DNA of 35,403 nucleotides from Actinomycetota bacterium (GTDB lineage: Bacteria > Actinomycetota > Acidimicrobiia > Spongiisociales > UBA4744). A program made the translations under genes and the position numbers. Each line of letters starts with the position of its first letter. Within the stretch, counting starts at the first letter, position 1. Shown in pieces: positions 9,105 through 18,104 of the stretch. The notes below the pieces were generated by a model. That model was not told the origin of the DNA and ran no database searches. It saw only the letters and a program-made list of their open reading frames with translations. The stretch is from assembly GCA_013152275.1 (NCBI GenBank), contig JAADGS010000096.1:1-35403 (forward strand), in the 5' to 3' direction.

Positions 9105-9405
9105 CACCCCGATCCCGATACCGGACATCGGCGGCGTCCCCCACGCACCCGCAGCACGTGGGCGGGCAGGGACTCTGGGCTCCACATCTGGCGCGACCCG
9201 CAGACGGGCAGAGCTGCCGTGATCGACATGACCGCCGAGAACCGCCTCCAAGCAGAGCAACTGAGCGACGGGCCTGGTGCCGTGGGATTCGTCTTTCGCG
9301 CCGACCCCTCGTCTTCAAAGACGCCGCCGTCGTGCTGTGCACCCAGAACCCGATCGCCGCATCGACCATGGGTCGCCTCGAGCGGTTTCTTGCCAAAGGC
9401 TCGGG

Positions 9406-9454
9406 TTGACGAGTCAAAGCACAACTTGGTTACCTTTCCTCAGTTGGTTACGAT
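9406..9454 (+). promoter_or_regulatory. AT-rich promoter/operator region upstream of the DoxX remnant and NmrA-like gene
   Basis: Palindrome TTGAC-ga-GTCAA (9406-9417), direct repeat TTGGTTAC at 9426 and 9444, -10-like TACGAT at 9449. Confidence 0.4.
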
Positions 9455-9504
9455 TCCCTAGTACCTGCACGGAGTGTGCCCAACGACGGGAAGGAACGAT
9501 TGCG

Positions 9505-9780
9505 ATGGACGTCGAGATCCTGATCGGGCGCCTCGTGTTCGGCGTGCCATTCGTGGCCTCGAGCTTCGCCTCGCCCGAACCGGTGGAATGGCGGGATACG
9601 CCGAGCCGCCCGGCGCCAGACGGGTCAAACCTCTCGTGGGAGTGTCGGGGCTGCCCGTCATCGTCGATGGGGCTCGCCGGCATCTGCTTGGGCCTCGGAC
9701 TCCTGCTTGTGATGTCGCTCTCCCCCATCGCGTTCTTGCTGCAGCCGAGATTCGAAGGCCGCCGGCGGAGGACAGAGATA
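9505..9780 (+). pseudogene. Frameshifted DoxX-family membrane protein remnant (3' limit approximate)
   Basis: MDVEILIGRLVFGVPFVAS in one frame, GMAGYAE..KPLVGVSGLPVIV in another, then LGLLLVMSLSPIAFLLQ back in the first. Confidence 0.6.
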
Positions 9781-9928
9781 CGTGGCGTGTTCGTCGGTCG
9801 ACGCCCCGGAAGCGACCTCGTCGCCGTCCGACCACGAGAGATCTCGGCGGTCCACTGCTCCAGAGGAACGGCATGACCCGGATGGAGGCAGGTCCAGCCC
9901 ATTCGGATGAGAAAGAAAGGCGATAGTC

Positions 9929-10798
9929 ATGAAGGAAACCATCCTCGTCGTCGGCGCGACCGGAACGTTCGGAGAGCCCGTTGCGCGACGACTGCATGAA
10001 GACGGATACGCCGTTCGCGTCCTGTCACGCAATGTGGAGAATGCCAAGACGAAACTTGGAGATTCGTTCGACTACTTCCGGGGTGATGTCGCGGATCCTT
10101 CCACGTTGGAGGACGCCATCGATGGATGCTTTGGGGTCCACATCAACTTGAGGGGCGGCCCGAGAGCCGAGGACTTCGAGCGAATCGAATACGGAGGTGT
10201 GGCCAACGTCGTCAAGGTATCGGCAGGCAAGGGAGTGCAACGCATCGCGTATCTGTCGGGCGCGGCGACGTTCGAAGAGAACGCATGGTTTCCCATGGTG
10301 AGGGCCAAGCTTCGGGCAGAAGAAGCCATCCGCGAGAGCGGTGTGCCCTACACGATCTTCTGCGCAACACATTTCATGGAGTCTCTGGCTCTCGCCGTTC
10401 GCGGCAGACGAGCCACGATTGTCGGAAGGCAGCCGCACCGCTTGCATTGGCTCGCCTCACGTGACTACTCGAGGATGGTTTCCGAAGCATTCCGACGACC
10501 CGAGGCAGCGAACAAGCGACTCTTCATCCAGGGTCCCGACTCATTCACGATGCCCGAGGCGATCGAGAAGTACTGCTCGATCGTGCATCCCGACATCAAG
10601 GTCTCGTCTGTTCCGATCTGGCTGCTCTCGTTGATCGGCAAGGTGTCTTTCAGTCCGGAGCTGCAGTCCGTCGCCGCACTGATGAGTTTCTTCGACAAAG
10701 TGGGCGAGGGAGGAGACCCTTCGGAAGCGAATGATCTTCTTGGCGCTCCGACGACCACCTTGGAGCAATGGTGCGAGGAACAACGCAAGATCGCCTGA
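9929..10798 (+). CDS. NmrA-like / atypical SDR NAD(P)-binding protein
   Basis: ILVVGATGTFG Rossmann motif, GDVADP, AKLRAEEAIRESGVPYTI; purine-rich RBS. Confidence 0.88.
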   Translation: MKETILVVGATGTFGEPVARRLHEDGYAVRVLSRNVENAKTKLGDSFDYFRGDVADPSTLEDAIDGCFGVHINLRGGPRAEDFERIEYGGVANVVKVSAGKGVQRIAYLSGAATFEENAWFPMVRAKLRAEEAIRESGVPYTIFCATHFMESLALAVRGRRATIVGRQPHRLHWLASRDYSRMVSEAFRRPEAANKRLFIQGPDSFTMPEAIEKYCSIVHPDIKVSSVPIWLLSLIGKVSFSPELQSVAALMSFFDKVGEGGDPSEANDLLGAPTTTLEQWCEEQRKIA

Positions 10799-10947
10799 TC
10801 CGAGACCTGCCCGAACCATGATTCCGCTGCGCTCCTCGGCGGCAGGTGAGCCGGACCGCGGGGCAGACGAGGGACCACCATCTCGGTCTCCAAGAGATCC
10901 GGGGCGACCCTTGCCCTTTGGCGGACCGGCCACGGGCACGTTCCACG

Positions 10948-11082
10948 TCAACGCGCGACACCCGTTTGTTGCTCTCGATCGAGGAGAACCGCGTTGGCGG
11001 AGGCGGCTCGCTGCAGCCACCGTGCACTGCTCTTGAGGATGCGCACCTGCGTGGCGTAGTCGACATACACGAGCCCGAAGCG
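10948..11082 (-). pseudogene. C-terminal remnant of a GH1 beta-glucosidase
   Basis: RFGLVYVDYATQVRILKSSARW is the typical GH1 C-terminal signature; nothing GH1-like upstream of it. Confidence 0.7.
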
Positions 11083-11250
11083 CACGACACTCGGTGCTCT
11101 GACACGATCAGCCCGGTGCAGAGTAGCTGGACCAAGCAGATCCCACCTGAAAGGCTCACTGTCAGCGAGGCCACACTCATCTTCACCAAACTTCTCAGGT
11201 CTTCTCAACAACACGAGTGGGTGTTTTCGCCAACACCCTGCAGTTGCCGG
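11071..11250 (+). repeat. Diverged copy of the 3' tail and downstream flank of the 15496-16065 gene, ending in a tmRNA-flank-like sequence
   Basis: 11100-11231 aligns to 16063-16195 at about 100/133 by hand; ends TTTCGCCAACACCCTGCAG vs TTTCGCTAACACCCCACAG beside ssrA. Confidence 0.75.
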
Positions 11251-11357
11251 CCAACGAGATTCGCTGACCTGCGTGTTCGCCGCGTCAAGGGTGGTGTGCA
11301 TTCACACCACTGGTCGGATTCTCACACTTGTTGCGGAGGCGTCTTCACTCGCTCACC

Positions 11358-12968
11358 CTACGGTGCGGTGATGGTCGTGGTGATGTTCACACCGGGTCCC
11401 GGTGTGAGGAGCGGGCCTACCGTGTCGAGGATCTCACAGTCGGTCGGGTCGATCGCTGCGACGGTCACACTGTCGGCATTCGTGAACGCGTAGACGAATG
11501 TCGGCTCGGCCCAGCGCCTGACTCACAGACGCTCCCGCGGCGAACCCGACGCCGCTGCAACTGTCGATCTCGTCGGATGGGATCTGGATCGGCTCACCAG
11601 ACGTGTAGCCGTCGACTTCGGCCCGGATACGATCGGCATCACCGTGCGCGTCGACGACGAGCCTGCGCAGATCTCCGAGGGCGGAGTGATCGACGTTGCC
11701 GACCTGAGGGAGTTGCACCATGATGGGCGGCACGGTCGGGGGCGGCCGGCCGGGTGGCGGCGACGTCGTCGGTTCGGGTACGTACGCGTGGGCCTCGGCG
11801 GTGACCGATGGTCCGCCGCTCACGGCGACAATCCCCGAGACGGTACCGACGAACGTCTGGCCCGAGGTGGTCTTACCGGTCGCCGTATCGATCCGGACGA
11901 GCGTGTCCTTCCACTGTTCGGACGATTCCNNNNNNNNNNNCCGATGGCAAGCCTGCGCAGCAGGACCGGCCAGGTGCCGACCTGATCGAGGTCACGGTCA
12001 TAGACGATGTCGCCTCGGATGAGCCGGTCCGAGTCGAGCCACACGAGCGGTGTCGTCCAGGCCGAAACGTCGGTCGCTCTGCCGGTCGTCCTTTCGGCGA
12101 TGAGTGCCGGGGCCGATCCCAGCCGGAACAGACTGAGCCGGACCGGGTCGCCGCTGTTCGGATACTGCCCGGCGATCACTGCCGACGAGCCACTCGGGTC
12201 GATCGCCGCCCGGGCAGGGAACGTCGTTTCGAGCACGGTGGCGCGCGGGGGACGTTCGACGAGGTCCACGATCCAAAGCTTCGTGTCATGCGAGGCGATC
12301 GCCCAGCGCCTCGTGAACGCGATGACCTTTCCGTACTCGTCGGCGTCATAGAGGGTCGTGATCACACCGTGATCAAGCTCGAGGATCGACCACGAGTTCG
12401 ATCCTGCGGCCGGCCCGCCAACCGGCGCCGGGACCGTGGTTGTCGGACCGAGCGAGGTCGGTGGTGAAGGATCCATGCCGGCCGGTGGCAAGGAGAGCAA
12501 CGAACGCCGACCATCGCTGGTCACACAGCGAACCGCCCACACGGGACGGTCCACCGGCCACGTGTCTTCCATCGTGAAACCGGCCAGGTCCCACACCGAC
12601 ACCACCCGCCCGCCATAGGTATCGGAGGCGAGAACGACGATCTTGCGAGACTCGGGACAGACGGACACATCGCGAACCCCGCCCGGCCAGGCACCGTAGG
12701 CCAGCGTGTGCCCAAACTCGTCGATCGCCACCAGCGGCGCAGTCTCAAACTGACCGAACGTCCCCCACACGACCGCCACGATCGGACCCGCCCCGTCAGG
12801 TGCCGACAGAGTCGTTCGCTCCGGCGGCAGTTGAATGGTCACGGGAGCCGCCGCAGGCGTCGGCGTGGGTCCTGTCGTGACCACACCCACCGGAGATCCG
12901 CAGGCCGCCGCAACGAGAGAGAAGACGACAACCGGCAGGAACGCCGCCCGTCTGATCCAACCCGACAT
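11358..12968 (-). CDS. Large lipoprotein (propeller-like N-region, Pro/Thr linker), broken by an N-gap and an apparent frameshift near 11510
   Basis: Lipobox VAAAC after a hydrophobic stretch; reading continues after the gap (ESSEQWKDTLVRIDTATG...), then shifts frame to EPTFVYAFTNADSVTVAAIDPTDCEIL..TAP*. Confidence 0.55.
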
Positions 12969-13028
12969 CGGACACCCCCTCTGTCCATCGATCATTCTTG
13001 CAGTCCCGCCTCATCGATACCACGTGGC

Positions 13029-13181
13029 TCAACGAAAGCAAGCCCATGACATGGCTCTGATGGCCCGTCGTCGAGGACCGTCTGGTCCGCGCCAGGATTC
13101 TGGAGGCTCGGCCGGCAGTCCCCCGCTGACGGAAAGCCGCCTGTAGTCGGATTTGAAGGGATCGGAAATCTCGTACCGCAA
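13029..13181 (-). pseudogene. Truncated RelE/ParE-like toxin stub
   Basis: Starts MRYEISDPFKSDYRRLS just after the antitoxin stop, then loses toxin-like character and stops at 50 aa. Confidence 0.45.
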
Positions 13182-13193
13182 GAGAGCGTGCAC

Positions 13194-13481
13194 TCAGCCT
13201 TCGAGATCGTCGAGGAAGCCATCGAGATCGTCAAACGATGCTGCACGTCCACCGGCGAAGTCGGCATCGGCCTCACGCTCCATGGTCTGCCAACGCTCAG
13301 ACCAAAACCAGGCCTGACCCGCGTCGACAAGAACCTTGGGCGTCATGACGATCCGTCCCGCCTCCACCTTGAACTCGAGGACGGGCCCAGCCTCGAGGTG
13401 CGCTGGTCTCCGGACCTCGGCGGGAAATGTCAGCCGGCCTCGGTCTCGAAGCGTGGTGGTCGGAGCCACCCGTTGCGTCAT
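13194..13481 (-). CDS. AbrB/MazE-family antitoxin
   Basis: LRDRGRLTFPAEVRR..LEAG..LEFKVEAGRIVMTP, followed by QAWFWSERWQTMEREADAD; RBS GGAG. Confidence 0.85.
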   Translation of the reverse strand: MTQRVAPTTTLRDRGRLTFPAEVRRPAHLEAGPVLEFKVEAGRIVMTPKVLVDAGQAWFWSERWQTMEREADADFAGGRAASFDDLDGFLDDLEG

Positions 13482-13620
13482 CTCCGTGTCGCGCAGGGGG
13501 ACAGAATCTCACATAGTCGCGTGGTACGGATGTCCGATCGTCGCCCACGAGTGGGGCGGAGCCCGTCCTGACTCTCACAGCGCCGTCCGCAGATGCGGGG
13601 GGTCTCGGCGGAGATCACTT

Positions 13621-13653
13621 CGCTCGGTCAGAAGGATCGTTTCCGGAAGGCCT
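13621..13653 (+). repeat. Degenerate copy of junction motif M
   Basis: CGCTCGGTCAGAAGGATCGTTTCCGGAAGGCCT, about 25/33 to a composite of the other copies. Confidence 0.35.
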
Positions 13654-13821
13654 CGGGACGTTGGGAGCCGCCGGTTCACACGTGTCGGTATCTGGAGTGC
13701 AAACCGGGTCGCAGATGGACCTGCCGGCCAGGAGCGCGGCGAACGTCTCCGAACGGCGCCGTTCGCCCGGTTGCGGTGCAGGTCGCCATCGGTAGCCGCC
13801 CATGCTCGAGCCGACCGACCG

Positions 13822-15040
13822 TCAGTCTTCCCTCGCACCTACCCACACCGCCGCAACCGGGTCACCATCCGGACGAGGAACTTCCATGCCCACCGCCACC
13901 AACCCCGGCCCTCCGGCGGTCACACTCAACATCACCTGGTCGCCTGCCCCGCCAAAGACGGCTTCCTCACCGGCAACCCGGGTCCAGGTCACCCCGTCGG
14001 GAGACGTCCACACCACCGCATCCCTGTTGCCGCCTGAACGGGAGGCATCCGAACCGACCGCCACCAAACCTGGCCCTCCGACAGTCACACTTGCCGCCGA
14101 ACACCGCTTCATCGCCGGGAACCCGGGTCCAGGTCACGCCGTCGGGAGACGTCCACACCGCCGCATTCGGTTCGCCACCCGGACCGGAGGCATCCGAACC
14201 GACCGCCACCAACCCCGGCCCTCCGACAGTCACACTCGCCATCTGCTGGCGACCCACGCCCCCAAAGACCGCTTCATCACCGGCAATCCGGGTCCAGGTC
14301 ACCCCGTCGGGAGACGTCCACACCGCCGCATCCGCACCACCACCCGCCGAATCCATACCGACCGCGACCAACCCCGGCCCCCCGGCGGTCACAGCAAACA
14401 TCACCTGATCACTCGCCCCGCCCAAGACCGTGTCGTCGGCGGACGACCACGTAAGCCCATCAGAAGAGGTCCACACCGCTGCATCCCCACCACCATCCGC
14501 CGAAACCATACCGACCGCGACCAACCCCGGCCCCCCGGCGGTCACAGCAAACATCACCTGATCACTCGCCCCGCCCAAGACCGTGTCGTCGGCGGANNNC
14601 CATGCAAGCCCGTCGGGAGACGTCCACACCGCCGCAACCCTGGATCCATCCAAAGGCGAAGTAACCGAACCGACCGCCACCAACCCCGGCCCCCCGACAG
14701 TCACACTCGCCATGTGCTCGAAACCCTCCCCGCCCAAGGCGGCATCGTCACCGACGACCCTGGTCCAGGTCACCCCGTCGGGAGACGTCCACACCGCCGC
14801 ATCCATATCACCGCCACCTATCACAGCATTCACCTCGCCACCTGCTGGAACCCATGCCCAACCGACTGCCACCAAACCCGGCCCCCCGGCCGTCACACTC
14901 AACATCCGGCGGGCACCCTCCCCGCCCAACACGTCGTCACCGGCAACCCGGGACCACACAGGCGAGAAAGCGGCCGGCCCGGCACTGCAAGCTGCCAGCA
15001 CGAGCACCAACCCAAGAACCCAAGCTCCCCAAGACCTCAA
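13822..15040 (-). CDS. Lipoprotein with seven ~50-aa repeats (Asp-box/BNR-like beta-propeller), frameshifted near 14095
   Basis: Lipobox LAAC; seven VT(A/V)GGPGLVAVG units, six followed by AAVWTSxDG(V/L)xW; a short deletion after EAVFGG shifts the frame; 3 Ns at 14597. Confidence 0.75.
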
Positions 15041-15229
15041 CGCTCCCCCTTCCGTCGATCGCACACACGGCGCACAACGTATCCAATCCTACCCACCCCG
15101 TCCCGGTTGGTTTCCTCGGAGGGGATCGGCTACCGGCCGCAACATCGTGAATGTCCCCTTCGAAACGGCACAGACACCGTGGCCCTCCCACACTCGAGGG
15201 CCGCCGCCACGCAGGCCCCCACGTGATTT

Positions 15230-15276
15230 CGCCTGGTCGAAAGGAGTGTCTTCGGAGGACCTGAAGGTCCTTGCAC
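15230..15276 (+). repeat. Junction motif M, copy 1
   Basis: 41/47 identical to 17422-17468. Confidence 0.8.
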
Positions 15277-15495
15277 GCTCTGGGAGCGGTCTATGCACAG
15301 CCCCGAAGGGAGGTGCGATGAGGACCCTCACGCTGTCTGCGTTTGCCTCGACCACCGCACCGGCCTGCCAAGCTGGTTACGGCTGGCTGCCCGGCCAACA
15401 CATTGGCATAGTATGAGATATGGTCAAAGAGTGCACATGCTGAGATCGCCGGCATCGATGGTGGAGACCCCGCACTGGACGATCGGGTCCCCACA

Positions 15496-16065
15496 ATGAG
15501 ACCAAACCGCGCGATAGCACCAATCCTCATCGTATTCGGCCTCGGGATCGTCCTGTTCCTCGCACTGTTGGCCGGCCCGGTCCTTGCCGCCGAGTCGCCG
15601 CATACGATCGTTGTCACCGTGACAGAGCGTGCCCCTCAGCCCGATTCCCTCATCCATGTGCAGGTGAAGGTTCTCGATGAGGCGAATCAGCCGATGGATG
15701 TCGATCGGCCGGATGAGCTGTTGGAGGTCCGTGACGAGTCGGGGGCTTCGTTCCCATTTCGACCGTTTATGGAACGCACGGACGTCGGTGTCTATGAGAC
15801 GACCCTGTCGTTCCCTCGTGCGGGGATCTGGACGATCATCGCCGGTCCCGATGAGGCCGACGTGGTGAGGCTGCCCCGACGGGTCGAGATCTCGGTGCGA
15901 GGAGATGTGGCGGGTCCGCTGGACCCGGGATCGACCGTGGCGACCGCAGCGTTGGTGCTGTTCGGCGTCCTTATTGTGGTTCTGTTCGGAAGTCGCCTCC
16001 GGCGTTCGAAAGGGTCACGCAAAGCCTCACCGGAACCTGGAGCCCACGACACCTGGTGGTGGTGA
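15496..16065 (+). CDS. Secreted Ig-like (YtkA/FixH-like) protein with C-terminal membrane anchor
   Basis: Signal peptide ending VLA-AES, beta-rich domain with GVYETTLSFPRAGIWTI, C-terminal TM plus basic tail ending HDTWWW. Confidence 0.7.
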   Translation: MRPNRAIAPILIVFGLGIVLFLALLAGPVLAAESPHTIVVTVTERAPQPDSLIHVQVKVLDEANQPMDVDRPDELLEVRDESGASFPFRPFMERTDVGVYETTLSFPRAGIWTIIAGPDEADVVRLPRRVEISVRGDVAGPLDPGSTVATAALVLFGVLIVVLFGSRLRRSKGSRKASPEPGAHDTWWW

Positions 16066-16238
16066 CACCATCAGCCCGGTGCCGAACGGCTGGACCGAAC
16101 AGGTCGCTACCCGAAAGACTCGCTGTCGGCGAGGCCGCAGACGTCTCCGCAAGGTTTCTCACGTTTTCTCGCTAACAAGAGCGGGTATTTCCGCCTGTTC
16201 AGAAGGGGTGTGTTCGGAGGTGCTGATGGTCCTTGCAC
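16063..16238 (+). repeat. Composite junction: flank L (16063-16195) plus motif M copy 2 (16192-16238)
   Basis: L about 75% identical to 11100-11231; M 45/47 identical to 17422-17468. Confidence 0.85.
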
Positions 16239-16470
16239 ACTCTTCGAACCCGGCGTGCACACCAGCGCGTCTCGACGAGAAGCATGCAGCAGCCGACACC
16301 GTGCGAGGCGGAAATCGATCGCTCGAGTCCGTTGACCTGCCTGCCATCCGAGAACACCTGCACGACTCTGTGGCGCATCTCGCCGAGCAGGGCCTCTACG
16401 GCGACCAGCCCGACAGATGCAGCCTCCACAACTACGAGTGAACAAGAGCAAAGTTGCCCTGATGGTATCT

Positions 16471-17073
16471 TCAGGGAAGGGGCTTCCAACTCGCAAGCCA
16501 CGAGATGGCATCGCCGGGTGTCATGAACGTCTCGACGTGGTACCGGTGAGATCCTTCTTCCCATTCGATGAATGACAGCCCAACGTCATTGGTGAACCTG
16601 CAGCCTGGCGAGGAGCGGACCTCGACAGGCTCCGCAGCATCCCAGCTTCCCTCCCCCAGCGCCCGGCCGGCGCAGGTCGGATGTTCCGGATCGGTCGGAT
16701 AGCTTGAAAGCGAGAGGGCCTCTTCTCGCTGAGCCCGCATGAACGTCACATTGACATCCACGGAAACCTGATGAAACGGTTCTGTCCGAGTGATGGTCAT
16801 CCGTCCGGTCGATGTGCCGGCTCCCGGTGGAAGAGACGCAGGGACGAGGACGGAACCACCCGCTTTGACGAGAGCAGAGCGTGCCGACGCCACGACCTGG
16901 CCCATGTCGTCGGCCGGCTGCCAACTGGTCTCGAAGAGCGGGAACGTCACCTGGATGGGTGCAGGCTCGCGCTCTGTTGACGTCGCTGCCGTCGTTTGCG
17001 AGGGTGCACCGGAGCAGGAGGCGCCGAGGACGAGCCCGACAAGGAATCCCGCCGCTGTTCGTCTTCTACGCAT
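16471..17073 (-). CDS. Hypothetical lipoprotein
   Basis: MRRRRTAAGFLVGLVLGASC lipobox, Ser/Thr linker, RBS GAGGG. Confidence 0.7.
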   Translation of the reverse strand: MRRRRTAAGFLVGLVLGASCSGAPSQTTAATSTEREPAPIQVTFPLFETSWQPADDMGQVVASARSALVKAGGSVLVPASLPPGAGTSTGRMTITRTEPFHQVSVDVNVTFMRAQREEALSLSSYPTDPEHPTCAGRALGEGSWDAAEPVEVRSSPGCRFTNDVGLSFIEWEEGSHRYHVETFMTPGDAISWLASWKPLP

Positions 17074-17308
17074 GGTTCCCTCTTCGTGCACCTTCCGACA
17101 TGCATCCGGTTCGGACTGTACGGCGTCGGCCCGGCAGCGGCAATGAGATACCGCGAACCCCATGCCCACCCGGTATGTCGGTCCCCGAGGAAGGAGACCA
17201 GACCCTCTCGCCTGTCCTGCTTGCAGCACACCCAGACAGACGCCTTCCCGGCGCCGGTCATCTCCGCTCGGGCACCGAGGAGACTTCCGCCGTCACGAGC
17301 CGGCGTGA

Positions 17309-17468
17309 CGGCTGCTCGTCCATCGCAGCGACCTCGACAAGGTACAGGCCGTGATCGGTCGCAACGCTCCCTGGTAGCGCTCGGTCCTTGCGTCTTTTTC
17401 ACCAACAGAATGGCGTAATCTCGCCTGGTCGGAAGGGGTGTGTTCGGAGGTGCTGATGGTCCTTGCAC
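17309..17468 (+). repeat. Composite junction: duplicated DUF2007 3' tail and flank L (17309-17424) plus motif M copy 3 (17422-17468)
   Basis: 17309-17424 is 108/116 identical to 17976-18091. Confidence 0.9.
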
Positions 17469-17592
17469 ACTTCTTGGGCCAGGCCGGCACATTCGTTTGG
17501 GTCCAGATCGGCGAACCTGAATGCGGTTCTCCGGGATGCGGGCACGGTGTAGCGTTGTGAAGGTAGTGACTGTTCTCGGACTTGTACTCTCC

Positions 17593-17709
17593 ATGCCGGT
17601 TGCGGATCGCCTCGACGAGATCATCAGCGGGCGACGTTTGCGAGAGCCGGTGGTGATTGCCGTCGTCGTGACGAGCCTGTTGGTGCTGATCGGTGTGATC
17701 GTGTGGTGA
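17593..17709 (+). CDS. Possible small membrane peptide (38 aa)
   Basis: MPVADRLDEIISGRRLREPVVIAVVVTSLLVLIGVIVW with a clean C-terminal TM; start uncertain. Confidence 0.35.
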   Translation: MPVADRLDEIISGRRLREPVVIAVVVTSLLVLIGVIVW

Positions 17710-17816
17710 GCGGTGCGAATGGAAGGCAAACGACGTAGCACGTCCAGACGTGATCCTTCCGGCGAACAGGCGAAGAGACTCTCGACGCCTGACCCAGATC
17801 GATGGTGGAACGCCGG

Positions 17817-18044
17817 ATGAACCGCAAGGACGATCTCGTCTATGTGCCTGTCGGCCCTGACCGGTTCCGAGCACATCTCATCGCTGCTGCGTGCAACGAC
17901 GAGGGCTTGACGGTCGAGCTACTCACTGCGGACGACGACGGCACCTTTCCGTGGTACGGGGCAGTTCAGCCGTACCGGCTGCTTGTACATCGCAGCGACA
18001 TCGACAAGGTACAGACCGTGATCGGTCGCAACGCTCCCTGGTAG
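17817..18044 (+). CDS. DUF2007-like (putative signal-transducing) small protein
   Basis: 75 aa; AHLIAAACNDEGLTV....YRLLVHRSDIDKVQTVI pattern. Confidence 0.65.
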   Translation: MNRKDDLVYVPVGPDRFRAHLIAAACNDEGLTVELLTADDDGTFPWYGAVQPYRLLVHRSDIDKVQTVIGRNAPW

Positions 18045-18091
18045 CGCTCGGTCCTTGCGTCTTGTTCACCAACAAAATGGCGTTATTTCGC
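17976..18091 (+). repeat. tmRNA-proximal copy of the 116-bp duplication
   Basis: 8 mismatches versus 17309-17424; ends 13 bp from the tmRNA 3' end. Confidence 0.9.
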
Positions 18092-18104
18092 TAACACCCC
18101 ACAG

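Noticed and set aside
9105..9400. Short ORFs after nadC
   Set aside because: No recognisable motifs in any frame
15181..15202. Hairpin GGCCCTC-n8-GAGGGCC beside motif M copy 1
   Set aside because: No U-tract, not downstream of a gene, and not shared with the other junctions
16243..16253. TTCGAACCCGG as a tRNA gene
   Set aside because: Only 11 bp with no cloverleaf; kept only as weak support in the motif M finding
16245..16441. Possible C-terminal gene fragment (..VDLPAIREHLHDSVAHL..)
   Set aside because: Vague resemblance to more than one family; cannot be assigned without a search
17400..17440. dif/pdif (Xer) site, suggested by the 6-bp spacer
   Set aside because: No XerD-arm-like TTATG sequence
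9105..18104. Integrase or transposase for the accessory region
   Set aside because: No ORF with tyrosine- or serine-recombinase or DDE motifs, so no mobile_element feature is called
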